From NCBI GenBank assembly GCA_951406725.2, contig OX597819.1, positions 103,292,001 to 103,356,000 on the forward strand: a DNA stretch of 64,000 nucleotides, in the 5' to 3' direction. The DNA comes from Octopus vulgaris. Taxonomy: Eukaryota. Below, piece after piece: positions 40,961-54,733 of this stretch; positions within the stretch are counted from its first letter, which is position 1, and each line of letters starts with the position of its first letter. The position numbers were made by a program, and so were the translations under genes. The notes under the pieces were generated by a model. It saw only the letters and a list, made by a program, of their open reading frames with translations. It was not told where the DNA came from and did no database searches.

Positions 40961-41489
40961 ACATATACATATGTATGTATGTATATTTGTTAATATATAT
41001 ACCTACATGTGTGTGTGTGTGTACATATATCTATAAATATATATGTGTATGTATATATATGTATATATATGCATGTATATATATATATATATATATGTGT
41101 GTGAATATGTGTATGTGTGTGTGTGTATTATTACGAAATATTTTGACAGATTCCTAATACTCACACTGTTGGTATTTCTCGTAGGAATATTAAGATAAAG
41201 TTGTATTTTAAGTAAACACACTTCTCAATATATTTGACGATTATATGCAACATCAACGGTAAAATCTACTGCAATCGGTGAAAGGATAGAGGGTGACAAT
41301 TTCAACAAGGCAGTCTGACATCTGCTAATGTTACCTGTCACACAACAGGGACCCGGGCGAAAAGGGAAAGGGATGGTGTGGAAGAAATATAGGGCAAGTA
41401 AGGGATCAATTTAGTGTGGTGTAGTTGGTTGTATAATATACGGAGGGAATCTACGTTCTTCCTATTTTATTCCAATATTGATATTGGTT

Positions 41490-41682
41490 TCAGGTTTTGG
41501 CACAAGACCAGTAGATTCAGGGGAGGATTAAGTCGATTAGATTGACACCTGTGTTCAACTGGTACTTATTTTATCGACTCTAAAAGGATGAAGGCAAAGT
41601 CGGCTTCAGCAGAATTTGAACCCAGAGCGTAAGGACGAATGAATTGCTCGGTGATCTAACGGTTCTGCCAGCTCTCTGACTT
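41490..41682 (-). mobile_element. SINE family B
   Basis: CAACTGGTACTTATTTTATCGACTCTAAAAGGATGAAGGCAAAGTCG ... TTCTGCCAGCTC. Confidence 0.85.
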
Positions 41683-41809
41683 AATTTTAATAATGATATT
41701 AGCACAATTATTCTTGCTAGCATCATCATAACTAGAATTTGCCACGACAAATTTTAGTACACCTAGCGTACAATCATTGCATTCAGAACGAAGAAAAACT
41801 CACAGAAGT

Positions 41810-42020
41810 CACTTGACTTGCTAGAAATAACATGAAATAGTCCTCAAAACACACCGGACTGTCATAAAATAGAAACACCACATTGTATAATACAGTCATT
41901 TACAACCCTAACCAGACGGAGCTGTCAGGTTCGAAAGCCTTTGATCATAATTTTACTAGATTTGTGTTGACAGGGGGTGGCTAAGAACAACAACAACAGC
42001 AACAAGAACAACAACAACAA
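41810..42020 (+). repeat. dispersed repeat with (AAC)n tail
   Basis: TTGCTAGAAATAAC...GCCTTTGATCATA...GGCTAAGAACAACAACAAC; related copies at about 690, 47440 and 48000. Confidence 0.5.
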
Positions 42021-43347
42021 GAACTTCACCAGTACTGCATTAACATTATCACAAGCATTTATGCTTCCAGCCCCACAACCATTACCATTTCCTTCGACAC
42101 CATCAGTTATGTACAGTTAACATCACCTTGTTCAACATGCAGTGTGTATTTAGTCAGCTGGCATATCAAAATGACCCGTTTCACCTGTGACAGGTAAGCA
42201 AGTCAGGTCCCACATTCCTAAAGTAAGGAGGTGAGAGGGTTAGAGTTGTAAATGCAGTAATCACGACATAAGCCCCTATCAAAATCCCAATGTATTCGTG
42301 AACAGTAAATCATTTAGGAACATTAGCTAAATTGTATTTGAAGATCGTTCTCTCTACAGGGGTATGTCGAATTCAATATACGTGTGTCTGTATGTGGCAT
42401 GTGTGTTTATTTGTATGAATGTGGATATCTACTTACAGACACATATACACATACACTTATATCCAAACACATGTATATATATACATACATACATGTATAT
42501 ACACACACACACACACACATATATGTATGTGTATTTTGACAGAACTCAAATACTCATTTTGACGTGTTTCTCGTAAGTATATTAAGATAAAGCTGTATTT
42601 TAAGAAAACACATTTCCGAACGCATTTGAGCAAGCATGTATATAAATGTATGTATGTATGTATGTATGTATGTATGTATGTATGTATGTATGTATGTATG
42701 TATGTATGTATGTATGTATGTATGTATGTATGTATGTATGTATTTGAATACGTGTATCCTAATTGTTACAGTGGCTCGGCTCAAGATACGAGGTTTTGGG
42801 ATCGTTTCCTGGACCGGGTGGCGCTAATGTCCTTGCGTCAGGTATTTCATTTAACCTTACCGCCAGTATAATCCCTGACTTGAAACTGTTCTGCATACTG
42901 AAACCCCGAAATATGAAACATATAACCGCAGTGTACTTTACTTAATCCCTCCTCATATCTTCAACCTGAATTTCCTAACTTTGTCAGAAAATTATTTCCT
43001 AACGGGGCGAAAATTTTCCAAACCGTTTGACCTGAAAACTTTCTGTCGTTTTCAAAAGGAATAAGAATAAGTACACTATACTTACGAACATACATCTATA
43101 CATGCACACACACACACCAACACCCATACTTACACACATAGACACACACACCTACGCCCACACTTACACACATATATGTATAGGAGTATGAGCAACTGTG
43201 TGGTAAGAAATTTTGTTCCCAGCCACATGGTTCCGGGTTCAATATACCGCAGTTGTTTTTAACTATATCCTCGGTCTTATCAAAGTCTGAATTTGATAGA
43301 CAAAAATGAAAGCCTGTCATACATATGTGTGTGTGAGTGTGTGTGTG

Positions 43348-43388
<41 letters not shown>

Positions 43389-44069
43389 TGTGTGTGTGTG
43401 TCTGTGTCTGTGTGTATAGACTTTTACATCTCACTCAGACCCTAGCGATACATCCTTCTCCTCCCCTCTCTCTCTTTACTAAAATGTATATCTAGTCTCT
43501 TTCTCTCTCTCTTGCCCTCCCTCACTTTTACTCTTATTTACAAATATATTTAATCAATTTCTCACTCAAACACTAGCCATACATACTCCTCTCTCTCTCA
43601 GTCTCTCCCTCTCTCTCTCAGTATCTCCCTCTCTCTCTCTCCCTCTCTGTGTATCTAGTCTATCCCTCTCACATTCTCCAAATATCCTTTCTTCCTCTCA
43701 CTCTTTTTCTCTCCATAACTTTGCTTTTATTTATAAATAGTCTAATCTCTCTCTCCCTCACTCACACTTACTCCCCATCCCCTATTTCCATTCACCCACA
43801 CCTACAACCCAATCTCCCAACGTTACCTGCTCATTCTTTCCCCTTCATTCCTACCCTGCCCTCATCTCTGCTTCCCTCTCAATCTCCTCTCTGCCTCAAC
43901 TTTCCTGGCTGTCCCCTCACATCTCCCCCGTCACCCTTTTGGTCTCTTCCCTCCCCCAGCTTGTTTCCCCCTCACCTACCCAACTTCTCACTCCCCTCCG
44001 CGATTTCTCCCATCACACCTCTGCTCTCTACATACTTGCACAAAAAACTCACTGCACACACACCCACAG

Positions 44070-46102
44070 CCATACACCACAAGGAGGATGACAAGAAATT
44101 GGAAACCTACAGAGATAGGATCATTCCTACGTGCCTGGGAAATCGCAGAAGGCGATTCACCAAATAATCTCATTACACCTGCCCTGAAGAGCAATGTTTT
44201 CTCCAGATCAGTGACACAAATAGAGCGGAAGAAGAATGAGTTCTCATGTACTCATACGGCCACATCTGGAGAAACTGGACATCATTTTTAAAAGTGGCGA
44301 TAAAAAGGACACTGGCTTTGAGAAGCCTCACACAGTAATCAGTAGAAACATCGATATCAAAGTTTAACAGTTCAATAAGGTAGGAAACGAGAAAAGTGCG
44401 AACAACGACAGTCCCAACACCTCCCAAAGAAGTAATGTATAAGTAGGAAAAGAAGACACCAGACGAAAGCCAATTGAAAATGGTTCTAAAATAAAAACCT
44501 AAATCAGAGAAAAAGTTCTATCTGCAATTTTCACAAAAGCGATGTCTGCTGGCATGGAGAGAGTGCGACAAACTACCGCTTTGCACACCCAGCGCTGGAG
44601 CAAAATTCCCCATTCACGAAACGAAGGAAACAACCACACTTAGAAAAATCTATATCCCAGCACAAACTTGCAGAAAAGAAGGCCAGACAGAAGTCATATG
44701 CAGAAGCTGTACAAGGTGCAGCAGTTGAGCAAGAACATCTTTCAAGTGTGGCACAGGAAATAATGCAACAGTTGTCATGGCTACAAACAAAGCTGAGCTC
44801 TGTACCCTCGCACACAAGACCGCCACAATTGATGGATCCCGGTTGGTCACCACTGCCACCAAACAACCCAAACACACCAACACCAATATCATTTCTAGTG
44901 ATGAATATTAAGAGGCCTACAGCATAACAACAGCAAATGCAAAATTTAGCACCTGAAGAATCTTTCTGCATGTAATCAAGCTATATGCATTGCACTTACA
45001 GAAACACATCTATCTGCAGACATACGTGATGTGGAGATACACATACCTATGTATGCTATCATCCGTACAGACAGAAGAAAAAGAAGTCATGGTGCAGTTG
45101 CAATGTGCATTCGTGAAGATGTCCACACCATCAACCCTGTTATCGAACTTGAACTCGGTGTGTGACACACTCATAGTACATCTAAAGCAACTTGATATAG
45201 TGATATACACACTATATCGCCTACCTGATGCCTCAAATCAAGATGGAAAATTTGAAGAAAGCCACAGCGAGATAACGGAAGTACTAACACAATTGAATCA
45301 ACTTACTACTATATTCCTGATGGGTGACTTCATTTTCCCCAACATCAGGTGGCTCAAGAGCAAAATAACCCCAGGAACGATGCGCAAAGTGCGACATCAA
45401 GCAGAATCTCAACTTGATCTTATGAAAATGCTCTTCATGGAGCAGATCATACTCTGACCAGCCAGACACAAAAATATCCTGGACCTCTGTTTTACAAACA
45501 ATGTGGAAAGTATCCACAGCGTAAATATATCACCGACAATATTCTCAGACCATAACATGATGGAACTGACAATTTATGACCCGGAATTAACTAAAGATAA
45601 ACTCCTCACACATGACGCTCAAACTCTATCCAGCTTAAATTCTATAAAGCTGACGGAAGTCACTTGAAAAACAGATACTCCAGCTGGACTGGTCTAAAAG
45701 CCTCTCTATGCAAGACATAGATATGAAACTCAATAAATTCATGTCAATAATGCAAGCTATATGCATTAAGTATGTCCCAGAGATGGGAGCCAATACACAC
45801 AAAAGCTTTATTCCCCAAGACAGGAAAATACTCATGCGGAGGAGAATAAAGATCTGGAATCGTTTAAACAAACACCTTAATGACAGTGTGAAATCTCACC
45901 CGACAGAGTAACTATTCGAGATAGAAAACAAATTGAAAATCTCCCATGAAAACAAAAGAGAAGAAAGAGAAACCTGGGCTGCAAGAGACGCACAGAAGGG
46001 CTACTTCACCCAAAACAATATCGGAAACAAAACCTAGCAACTACAGATGGTGCACCAGCATGAACTCAACCCTAGACTGAAACCCATAAAGGATAAAGGA
46101 AG
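44070..46102 (+). mobile_element. CR1/L2-like LINE remnant: ORF1 CCCH finger, APE endonuclease, RT deleted, 3' tail retained
   Basis: CNFHKSDVCWHGESATNYRFAHP (44523-44591); ALTETHL..IRTDR..SHGAVA; LYRLPD; LMGDFIFPNIRW; ARHKNILDLCFTNN; FSDHN (about 45545); tail 46045-46102. Confidence 0.88.
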
Positions 46103-46133
<31 letters not shown>

Positions 46134-46187
46134 AGTATGTATGTATGTATGTATGTATGTATGCATGTATGTATGTATGTATGTATG

Positions 46188-46218
<31 letters not shown>

Positions 46219-46269
46219 CTGTGTGTGTTTGTATATGTATATGTATGTGTGTGAGCGAGAGAGAGAGAG

Positions 46270-46452
46270 AGAGAGTTTGTGTCCCAATATCGCTTGACAA
46301 CTGGTGTTGTGTTTATTTCCCAACAAGCTAGCGATGTGGCCAAAATATTGCGACAGAATAAGTACCAGGCTTAAACAATTAGTACAGAGAGTCAATTCCT
46401 CAAGGTGGTGCCCCAGCATGGCCGCAGTGTAATTACTGAAACAAGTAAAAGA
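46270..46452 (+). mobile_element. SINE family A 3' half
   Basis: ATCGCTTGACAAC...GGTGGTGCCCCAGCATGGCCGCAG...CTGAAACAAGTAAAAGA. Confidence 0.85.
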
Positions 46453-46629
46453 ATATATATGTTGTGTATGCACATGTAAATGTATTTATGTATGCAAGTT
46501 TAGTTATATTTATACAAAATTTCACCACCGAAACAGCTGCATTGACTTCACAAAGTGCGCATACATACATGCATACATACATATATACATACATACATAC
46601 ATACATACATACATACATACATACATACA

Positions 46630-46661
<32 letters not shown>

Positions 46662-46799
46662 AGAACAAAGTGTACGTACGTCGCTATGTCGCTATATATA
46701 TATACATATATAAAATACAAAATGGGACAAGAACGCAAAACATACATACATACATACATACATACATACATACATACACATACACACCTTCACCAATAC

Positions 46800-46865
<66 letters not shown>

Positions 46866-47029
46866 TCATATAGGGCCCAAGACAAGCCGTTCAGAGCTGT
46901 CTATCATCATCTCTCAACTGACCACCGCATCTGACAACTTAACATGTTTTGAGTGTTTCACTTCAATACAGGAGACCCTTATAGTTGTTGACAGTCTGTC
47001 AGTGAACCATGAGACATTAGCCAAGAAAG

Positions 47030-47770
47030 CAACGAAATTGTAATGATTGTTGTGGATGTAGTGGGTGTGGGATGCTTGAACTGGTGGTTGTGTGATTGTA
47101 ATGGATGAAATAGTAGGGTGTAGGTTGCTATAGGGTTAAGGGTGGCTGTTGAGGTTATGGGGGAGGTAGTGATAATTGCCGTGGGTGGGGTGACTGGAAT
47201 GGTGGTTTCGGCTGCGATGGTGACAATATGTGGAGTTAGCTGCAGTGGAAAAGGTGATTGCAGTGAGTATGGGATGACTATGGGTGGTGGTTGTGGGTAC
47301 CTGTAAAGGTGGCGTTGGTGTGGGGTACCATATAATTGTGTAGAGGGATGAGGCGGTGCTCTGCTAGGAATGGCATGATTAGAGTGGTTGTTGTTGAGTT
47401 GTGCTGATGATATGGAGCGCAATAAGGTGGCGGCCTCTACATATTTGATCGTCTACCTGATAGAAATAACAGTCAAATGTCATTGAAAATACTTTCTACC
47501 TAAAAATAGAGAAAGAACGTTGGATAACGTAGTTTTATACACAGTTTATGACGAAAAGGATGGGAGGGTCACGGTTGGAAATGAGGGCGATATGGTGGTG
47601 ATGGTGGATGAGGTGCTATGAAGCGCTGTAGGGGTGGAGTTGGTGGGTTTGTTAGAGTGGGGCTGACGTTGGTGTGGTAATGGTGATGAGGTGGAGGTCA
47701 TGAGGAAGTTGTGATGGTGGGAGTTGCGGTTATAGTGTTGTTAGTGGTTGTGGTGTTGGTGATGGTGTTA
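47030..47770. repeat. decayed GGT/GTT/GAT low-complexity tract
   Basis: G/T-skewed triplet periodicity, reverse-sense analogue of 885-1635. Confidence 0.7.
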
Positions 47771-48369
47771 TTTATGGAATTGCAGTCATGGGCTAACTGC
47801 GACCCGCAAGATCTTCAGAAAAGTATACCTAATGCAAAATTCTTTTAGTAGTGTAGCTTGTCTGATAATGAGCTATGTGAGATGCCACCTGCATCTCTAA
47901 ATAGGTTGCCCGCACCCTTTATTTATTGCTATTTCATCACAGCTCGTCTATAAACAATATCGTTTCGACCGTGTCCATACAATCTTTTTATTCAGAAACA
48001 GTGTATTCAGGAATACAATGTAGTCTATGTTTTCAGAAAGATGTGATTTGAAGGAACATTTGGCTGCTATACCGAACAGGTAGATAATCAAGGAAGAATA
48101 ATTTCTCTTTATTTCCGTTCCAGAGAAGTAATTTTGAATGTGGTGGCGACAGTAGCTTTGTAATTTTCACTTAGGTCCAGGGAACACTTACTCTAGCTAT
48201 GATTACTTTTAATCATCATCATCAACGTCATCGCCATCAGCATCAGCATTATCATCACAATCATCATGAGCTTCATCAACACCACTACAACCATAACTAC
48301 CATAACTAACATCATCACCACCATCACAACCACCATCAGCACAACCACAGCCACCACCAACACCACCGC

Positions 48370-48416
<47 letters not shown>

Positions 48417-49032
48417 TCACCATCAATGTCTATCGTCTGCTCTCAGCCAGTTAAATACTCCATCTTAATTTTTCGTGTTCTGTCCTTATACATTTTCTAT
48501 TATTCTGAGTCTGTTCAATTCCTGATATTATCCATCCATTTAATTCTTCGTTTCTCCCTTCCTTTTATTAAATTCCTTTAGCCTTCTGTTAACAACCTCT
48601 GCAAACCATTTTCTCTAATTAGATGTCCAAAATATTTTAGTATTCTCTCTTCGATAGCATCTAATTAAATACTCTCCTAGTTTTTACTATTCTTAGCAAT
48701 TCTTCATTTGTTTTGTCCTGTCTGTGATATTTTCAAATGCCTTCTATTTTCCCATATCTCAACGACTAGTTATCTCTTTGATGGTTATTATTGTCAGAAG
48801 AGTCGACAATGGACCAAATTCAGTCCCGTCTATTTAGACAAGACACTATACTTCCTTGGTTCAAATTTGGATATGATTTATGTCTCGTCTGATGCTCCTG
48901 GGTCCAATGATACATCATAACATTCAATTCCTAGAAGTAATATAAATGCGACGAATATTTCTTTACACTACTCCACTTTCCACGGCCTGTGTATTCATGC
49001 ATACATGCATACATACATACATATACATATTT

Positions 49033-49094
<62 letters not shown>

Positions 49095-50904
49095 GTATAT
49101 ATATACATATATACTTAATTAGTTCCATATATTCCTTATTGCTTTTGCATATATCTTGATATTATTTGTTCAACACACACACATAGAAAGACATACACAT
49201 ATACACACACACAGAGGCGCACACAAACACGTACACACACAAACACATGCACACACAGACAAACACGTACACACACACAACGTACACACCTCACATATAT
49301 ATATGTATGTATCGATGTATGTGTGTGTGTGCGCGCGCGTGTGTGCATGTTTGTCTTTTAACATTTCGCTTGGGCATTGCAATACTAAGAACCTGGTGTA
49401 GACCTCAATGTACGTACGCGTTTGAACGAAGCGTTAGTCGATGACAAAGATATAAGCGATTATCTAATGAAGTTCACACACACACACATAGCCATCTGTG
49501 TATCACAGTAATTGTAGGTGTCGATAGACCAGTTATGGACTTACTGTGCTACAGAAACAATACAAATTAGAAAAAAACGAAAAAAACCTCTCAGCAGCGG
49601 CCTATGTGAACGGCTGCTGTATTTCATGCTTCTGGATGTATACAATGGCGCCTAGACAAACTGCAGCAGGTTCTTACGAGAATTCGTTGCCCCTGTTACA
49701 GGACAAAGTGAATAAAGCATCAACTGATTTTGCAAAAAGCCGCCGAGCTGATTGAAAATCCAGTAGATGCAATTGAGTCAATACTTAATTAAACTATGGA
49801 TTATATGTAAAGTACACACACTGTTGATAGGCCACTTACTGCAGTGTTTGCCCTCAGATAACATTACTTTTAGCAATGGTGTGTTAAAAAATACTATATT
49901 AGCTGCTAGCCAACTATATATCGTATTTTTATCTTAATCTAGTAATTAAGAAGGCAAAACTAAACATATACAGAATGAAATAACTGGTGTTATTTTGGTG
50001 ATTAATTTACAATGGTAATTCTGTTTTGGCTCACTTAAATGAGCCGAACCTGCACACAATTTATGTGAGTATGGCTGTGCTTGCTCTTGTATGTGTGTGT
50101 GTGTGTGTGTATGTGTGTGTGTGTGTACGACTATGAGAAACAACAGACAGATAGTCAGACAAATACAGAAATATACAGAGAGAGAAAGGCTGTAAATAGA
50201 AATCTCGACCAGTGGATGTCTATATGCAGTCAGACAGCGAAAGAGATTCTGGGTTTACTTCAAACGAAATATTTCCAAACAAATAATAATATAAACAGCT
50301 TCTGCTTTTTGTCAACACGCAGTACGACACGACAAACACGCCCTAAACGCTTACTCACAAACACACACACACACACATACGCATATATATCATAATGTAC
50401 ATACAAAGTTTGAGGTTAGTAAAGCGGCCACTTCAATATTTATTTAGACTCGAGGTTTATTCTAAGTATTTATATGGAGTTTAATATGTTTAAAGGTAAC
50501 TGCATAAAGTTCTTCGTGTGTCTGATTGAAACCATATGCATATGTTTATGTGTACACACACACAAACATAGACATACACAAACATACACATACACACACA
50601 AACACATACACACACAAACACACACATAATAGAGTTATTAGTAAGGGGATTATAAAGCAGGGCAAAAATACTTTCTAAGATCTGTTAGTACACCAGGCTA
50701 ACGATATTGTTTCCATTAGTACAGAACTCCGCATGTTCTTGTGACAAGGTCTGATGTTAAAGTCCACCACCACTTTATATTTTAAATCCATAGTTGCGCT
50801 CCAGTTATACTGGTTTTTACTCTGATATACAGAGTGAAAACCAAGTTATGACCATGATTTAGCACTTGCCTCGAATACGTGTGTGGGTGTGTGAGTATGG
50901 CTGT

Positions 50905-51060
50905 AGCGTAGGAGTGGTTGTGTGGTAAGTAGCCACATGGTTCCGGGTTGAGTCCCACTGCGTTTCACCTTGGGCAAGTGTCCTCTACTATAGCCTCGGG
51001 CCGACCAAAGCCTTGTGAGTGGATTTGGTAGACGAAAAATTATAAAACCCATCGTATATA

Positions 51061-51155
<95 letters not shown>

Positions 51156-51608
51156 GAACGCCATGTTGGTTCGTTAGCTCCTACACGCATTTTTCTCTCC
51201 TTGTTTCTATCCTTGTTTCTTTTCTGTGTATCTTTCTGTCGAAGAGCGTAGGCTCGAAGCGTAAAATACTTGTTTTATTTCTATTCCTGAGCGCCATACT
51301 AATACAATTGTTTGTTTGTACTCCACCTGCCTTCGTCTTTTGTTTATTTTTGTAAACCTTTCCGTTATATATATCGTTATATGTATGTATCTATGTGTAT
51401 GTGTTTGTTCCCCCAGCATCGTTTGACAACCGATGCTAGTGTGTTTACGTCCCCTTAACTTAGCGGTTCGGCAAAAGAGACCGATAGAATAAGTACTAGG
51501 CTTACAAAGAATAAGTCCTCGGGTCGATTTGCTCGACTAAAGGTGGTGTTTCAGCATGGCCACAGTCAAATGACTGAAACAAGTAAAATAGTAAAAGAGT
51601 AAAAGAGT
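50905..51608 (+). mobile_element. SINE family A split by a nested insertion
   Basis: 5' half 50905-51055 and 3' half about 51390-51608 are colinear with 51870-52280. Confidence 0.9.
51153..51364 (+). mobile_element. short Penelope-derived element with hammerhead-like motif (51232-51267)
   Basis: CTTT-CTGTCGA-A-GAGC-GTAG-GCTC-GAAG-CG-TA-AAA, then TTCCTGAGCGCCATACTAATAC. Confidence 0.7.
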
Positions 51609-51732
51609 ATATATATATATAGGTTGTGAATTTTCCCAAATGGAATTTCGATAAGCTTGAAAAAATTATTTTATAGTTCACGGTTAGCAATTGGAGTTAC
51701 TGTTTATGCGAAAAAGAAAAAAAAAAGGTTTA

Positions 51733-51838
51733 CGAATAGAGTAGATAAAATCCAGGCAACATACGTTTCCTAACTAACAAAATCTAGGTTTTGCTAGCTA
51801 GGAAACATATGTAGCCTGAATTTTATGTACTCCATTCG
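51733..51838. repeat. 106-bp ungapped imperfect palindrome
   Basis: 53-bp arms centred on CT|AG at 51785/51786, 8 mismatches. Confidence 0.9.
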
Positions 51839-51869
51839 CTAAATGTAGATATATATACACATATATATA

Positions 51870-52279
51870 GGCGCAGGAGTGGCTGTGTGGTAAGTAGCTT
51901 GCTTACGAACCACATAGTTCCGGGTTCAGTCCCACTGCGTGGCACCTTGGGAAAGTGTCTTCTACTATAGCCTCGGGCCGACCATATCCTTGTGAGTGGA
52001 TTTGGTAGACGAAAACTGAAAGAAGCCCGTCATATATATATATATATGTGTGTGTATGTGCGTGTTTGTGTGTCTGTGTTTGTCCCCCCCAACATCGCTT
52101 GACAACTGATGGTGGTGTGTTTACGTCCCCGTAATATAGCGGTTCGGCAAAAGAGACCGATAAAATAAGTACTAGGCTTACAAAGAATAAGTCCTGGGGT
52201 CGATTTGCTCGACTAAAGGCGGTGCTCCAGCATGGCCACAGTCACATGACTGAAACAAGTAAAAGAGTAAAGAGTAAGA

Positions 52280-52280
<1 letters not shown>
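51870..52280 (+). mobile_element. SINE family A, intact reference copy
   Basis: GGCGCAGGAGTGGCTGTGTGGTAAG head, GGTTCAGTCCC, CACCTTGGGAAAGT, internal (TA)/(TG), tail GAAACAAGTAAAAGAGTAAAGAGTAAGAG. Confidence 0.95.
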
Positions 52281-52333
<53 letters not shown>

Positions 52334-52514
52334 TAACACACAGAGTCACATCTATAAACTATATCTGTCAATCACATGGGTTGGTATCAATTATCCAAGT
52401 TTTGCTAGTACCATTGCAGGACGATGATTTGGCAGAATCGTGAAAAGATACGATGAGGATACATTAAAATATCTGTCTAATCTGTGCGCGTTCTGATCAC
52501 AACCTTTCTGTCTA

Positions 52515-52731
52515 AAGACAGAAAAAAGAAACACAGAGAAGACCAACAAATACAGACAAACGGATTAAGTCGATTATATCGACCCCAGTGCGTAACTGGT
52601 ACTTATTTAATCAACCCCGAAAGGATGAAAGGCAAAGTCGACCTCGGCGGAATTTGAACTCAGAACGTAACGGCAGACGAAATGCCGCTAAGCATTTCGC
52701 CAGGCGTGCTAACGTTTCTGCCAACTCGCCG
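52515..52731 (-). mobile_element. SINE family B, young copy
   Basis: Near-identical reverse complement of 38538-38730. Confidence 0.92.
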
Positions 52732-53154
52732 ACAGACTAGTAGTGTCAACAATTAGAAAACCCAATGGGAACCTACATTTTTGGTTCGTCCAAATGATCC
52801 ACTGACAAGTTTTAGGTATCTGATCGTAACAAATCTTATAAATCCTGAAATTCTCCGATTAAAACTCTTAAATTATAGTTTTTAATATTTCGAATGTTTA
52901 AAATATTGTTACAGAAAAAGCACTTCTATATAGATACAAAATTAAAAGAGACAGTTTAAGTAGAATGTGAGACGAGGGGGAACACGTGGAAATATATAGA
53001 GAGAAAGAAGAAATAGGTAAAAGTGACAGGAAGTAATTAAGAAGTATTAAGTAATATAAGGACAGGAGAAGGCGAAAGAAAAAAACAGAGCGGAGAGAAA
53101 ACACATGCACACACAGACAGACACGCACACTCGCACACACACATAGGGACAGAT

Positions 53155-53282
53155 GTGCCTGTGTGGTAAGACGCTTGCTCCCCAATCCCATTTCCAAGTT
53201 CAGTACCACTGCGTGGCATCTTGAGCAAGGCGATAAAAGCCTTATGAGTGGATTTGGAAGACGGAAACTGAAAGAAGCCTAT

Positions 53283-53331
<49 letters not shown>

Positions 53332-53565
53332 TTCTGTACTTGGCTCCACCTTCGCTTGACAACCGATGTCGGTGTGTTTACGTCTGTAACTCTGCGGTTC
53401 GGTCAAAGAACCCGATAATATAAATACCAGGCTTATTAGAAAATAATTATAAAAAAAAAAACAAGAATATGCAGTGCGGTCGTTTCATTCGACTACGAAT
53501 CCTTCAAATCTTTCAAGGTGGAGCTCCAGCATGACCGCAGTCTAATGATTGAAGCAAGTAGAAAG
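53155..53565 (+). mobile_element. SINE family A, diverged
   Basis: GAGTGGATTTGGAAGACGGAAACTGAAAGAAGCC ... GCTCCAGCATGACCGCAGTC. Confidence 0.85.
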
Positions 53566-54733
53566 TAACATTTAATATGGAGGCGGTTTACTTCCTAAAC
53601 CCAGGTAAAATTAAAATGTATACTTCCAGCTATTGGATTTCAAGCCCGTTTTTTTTTTTTATAAAAATAAAAATAATTAACTCTTGTCAAAATTCCGATC
53701 TGTCAAATATATTGTAACAGCACCTGTTAAAACTGGTAAGTGTGAGAATTAATTGTAATAAAAACAAATCATACAACAGAGAAAGTTTTCCTATACGCAT
53801 TCCTTCGCATCGAATATTAATAATTGTGTTGATGAAATTGATAGTCCCTAAAAATAAATTAAATTCCAGGTTAAATTTCCTTTGGCCTGGGAAAATACTT
53901 TCCTTCCAGGCTAACTCATACCCACATATATTTTTACAACCGTTTCTTATCATGGCCATGTTGACAGAAGAAAATATGAGAGAGTTACTTACCTTGATCT
54001 CGAAGAATAAGAAATCTGGTTTTCTTACGGTGAAGTGGTGTCTTTGGGAAGTATTTTGTCTTTTTCGTATTTTTTTTGCTCATGTAATTTTACACACCAG
54101 ATGGGAATTTTTGCCTTAGATTCCAGAAAACTCCTAATGATGTTTGTGCCTGAAGATTTTCGCTCGGCGTCTTTTGGACGAGCTCCTTAAAGTTCCCCTC
54201 CCTCCCACCCTCCATCTGCATAGTTTTAACTTTCTTTTTTTTTTTAATTCTATATAACCATCGTATTGTTGATTTTTCGTACAGTGAGGAGAAGTTATAA
54301 TGTTATTTTTGATGATGTTCATGTTTTGTTCTAATTTCTAGTTTGATCTTTTTCATTGATTTTGATTTTTAGTTCTACTCATTTTTGTATCAAGGACTGT
54401 TCCTACTATTGTTTATTGTTGTTGTTGTGATTGTGATGTTAGCAACAAGGAGTTTTCACCTCATTCTACGCTTCCCGTTATCTATATTATTATTATATAT
54501 TAATTTTCTCCTGGTGATTGCAGGTTTTCTTGTTTTGTAGTATGTTGTTGCAGGTTTAATTGTGATTTTTGTAATTTGCTCTCTGGATGTTTAGTGGAAC
54601 ATTTTGATATCACCTTCATTGAACACGCCACGAATTATTGTCATGGTCCATTCTTTTCGACCGGACCGATAATTTTGTAGTTAGCTGGTTTGTTCCAATA
54701 GCACTTCTGTGCATGACTACTAAAGGTGATTAC

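Noticed and set aside
43649-44167. 172-aa Pro/Ser/Leu-rich ORF
   Set aside because: Derived from a CT-rich low-complexity tract running into the LINE 5' region.
51870-51945. SINE heads as tRNA genes (also 11268, 15889, 38538)
   Set aside because: A/B boxes present but no complete cloverleaf, and each continues into a repeated SINE body.
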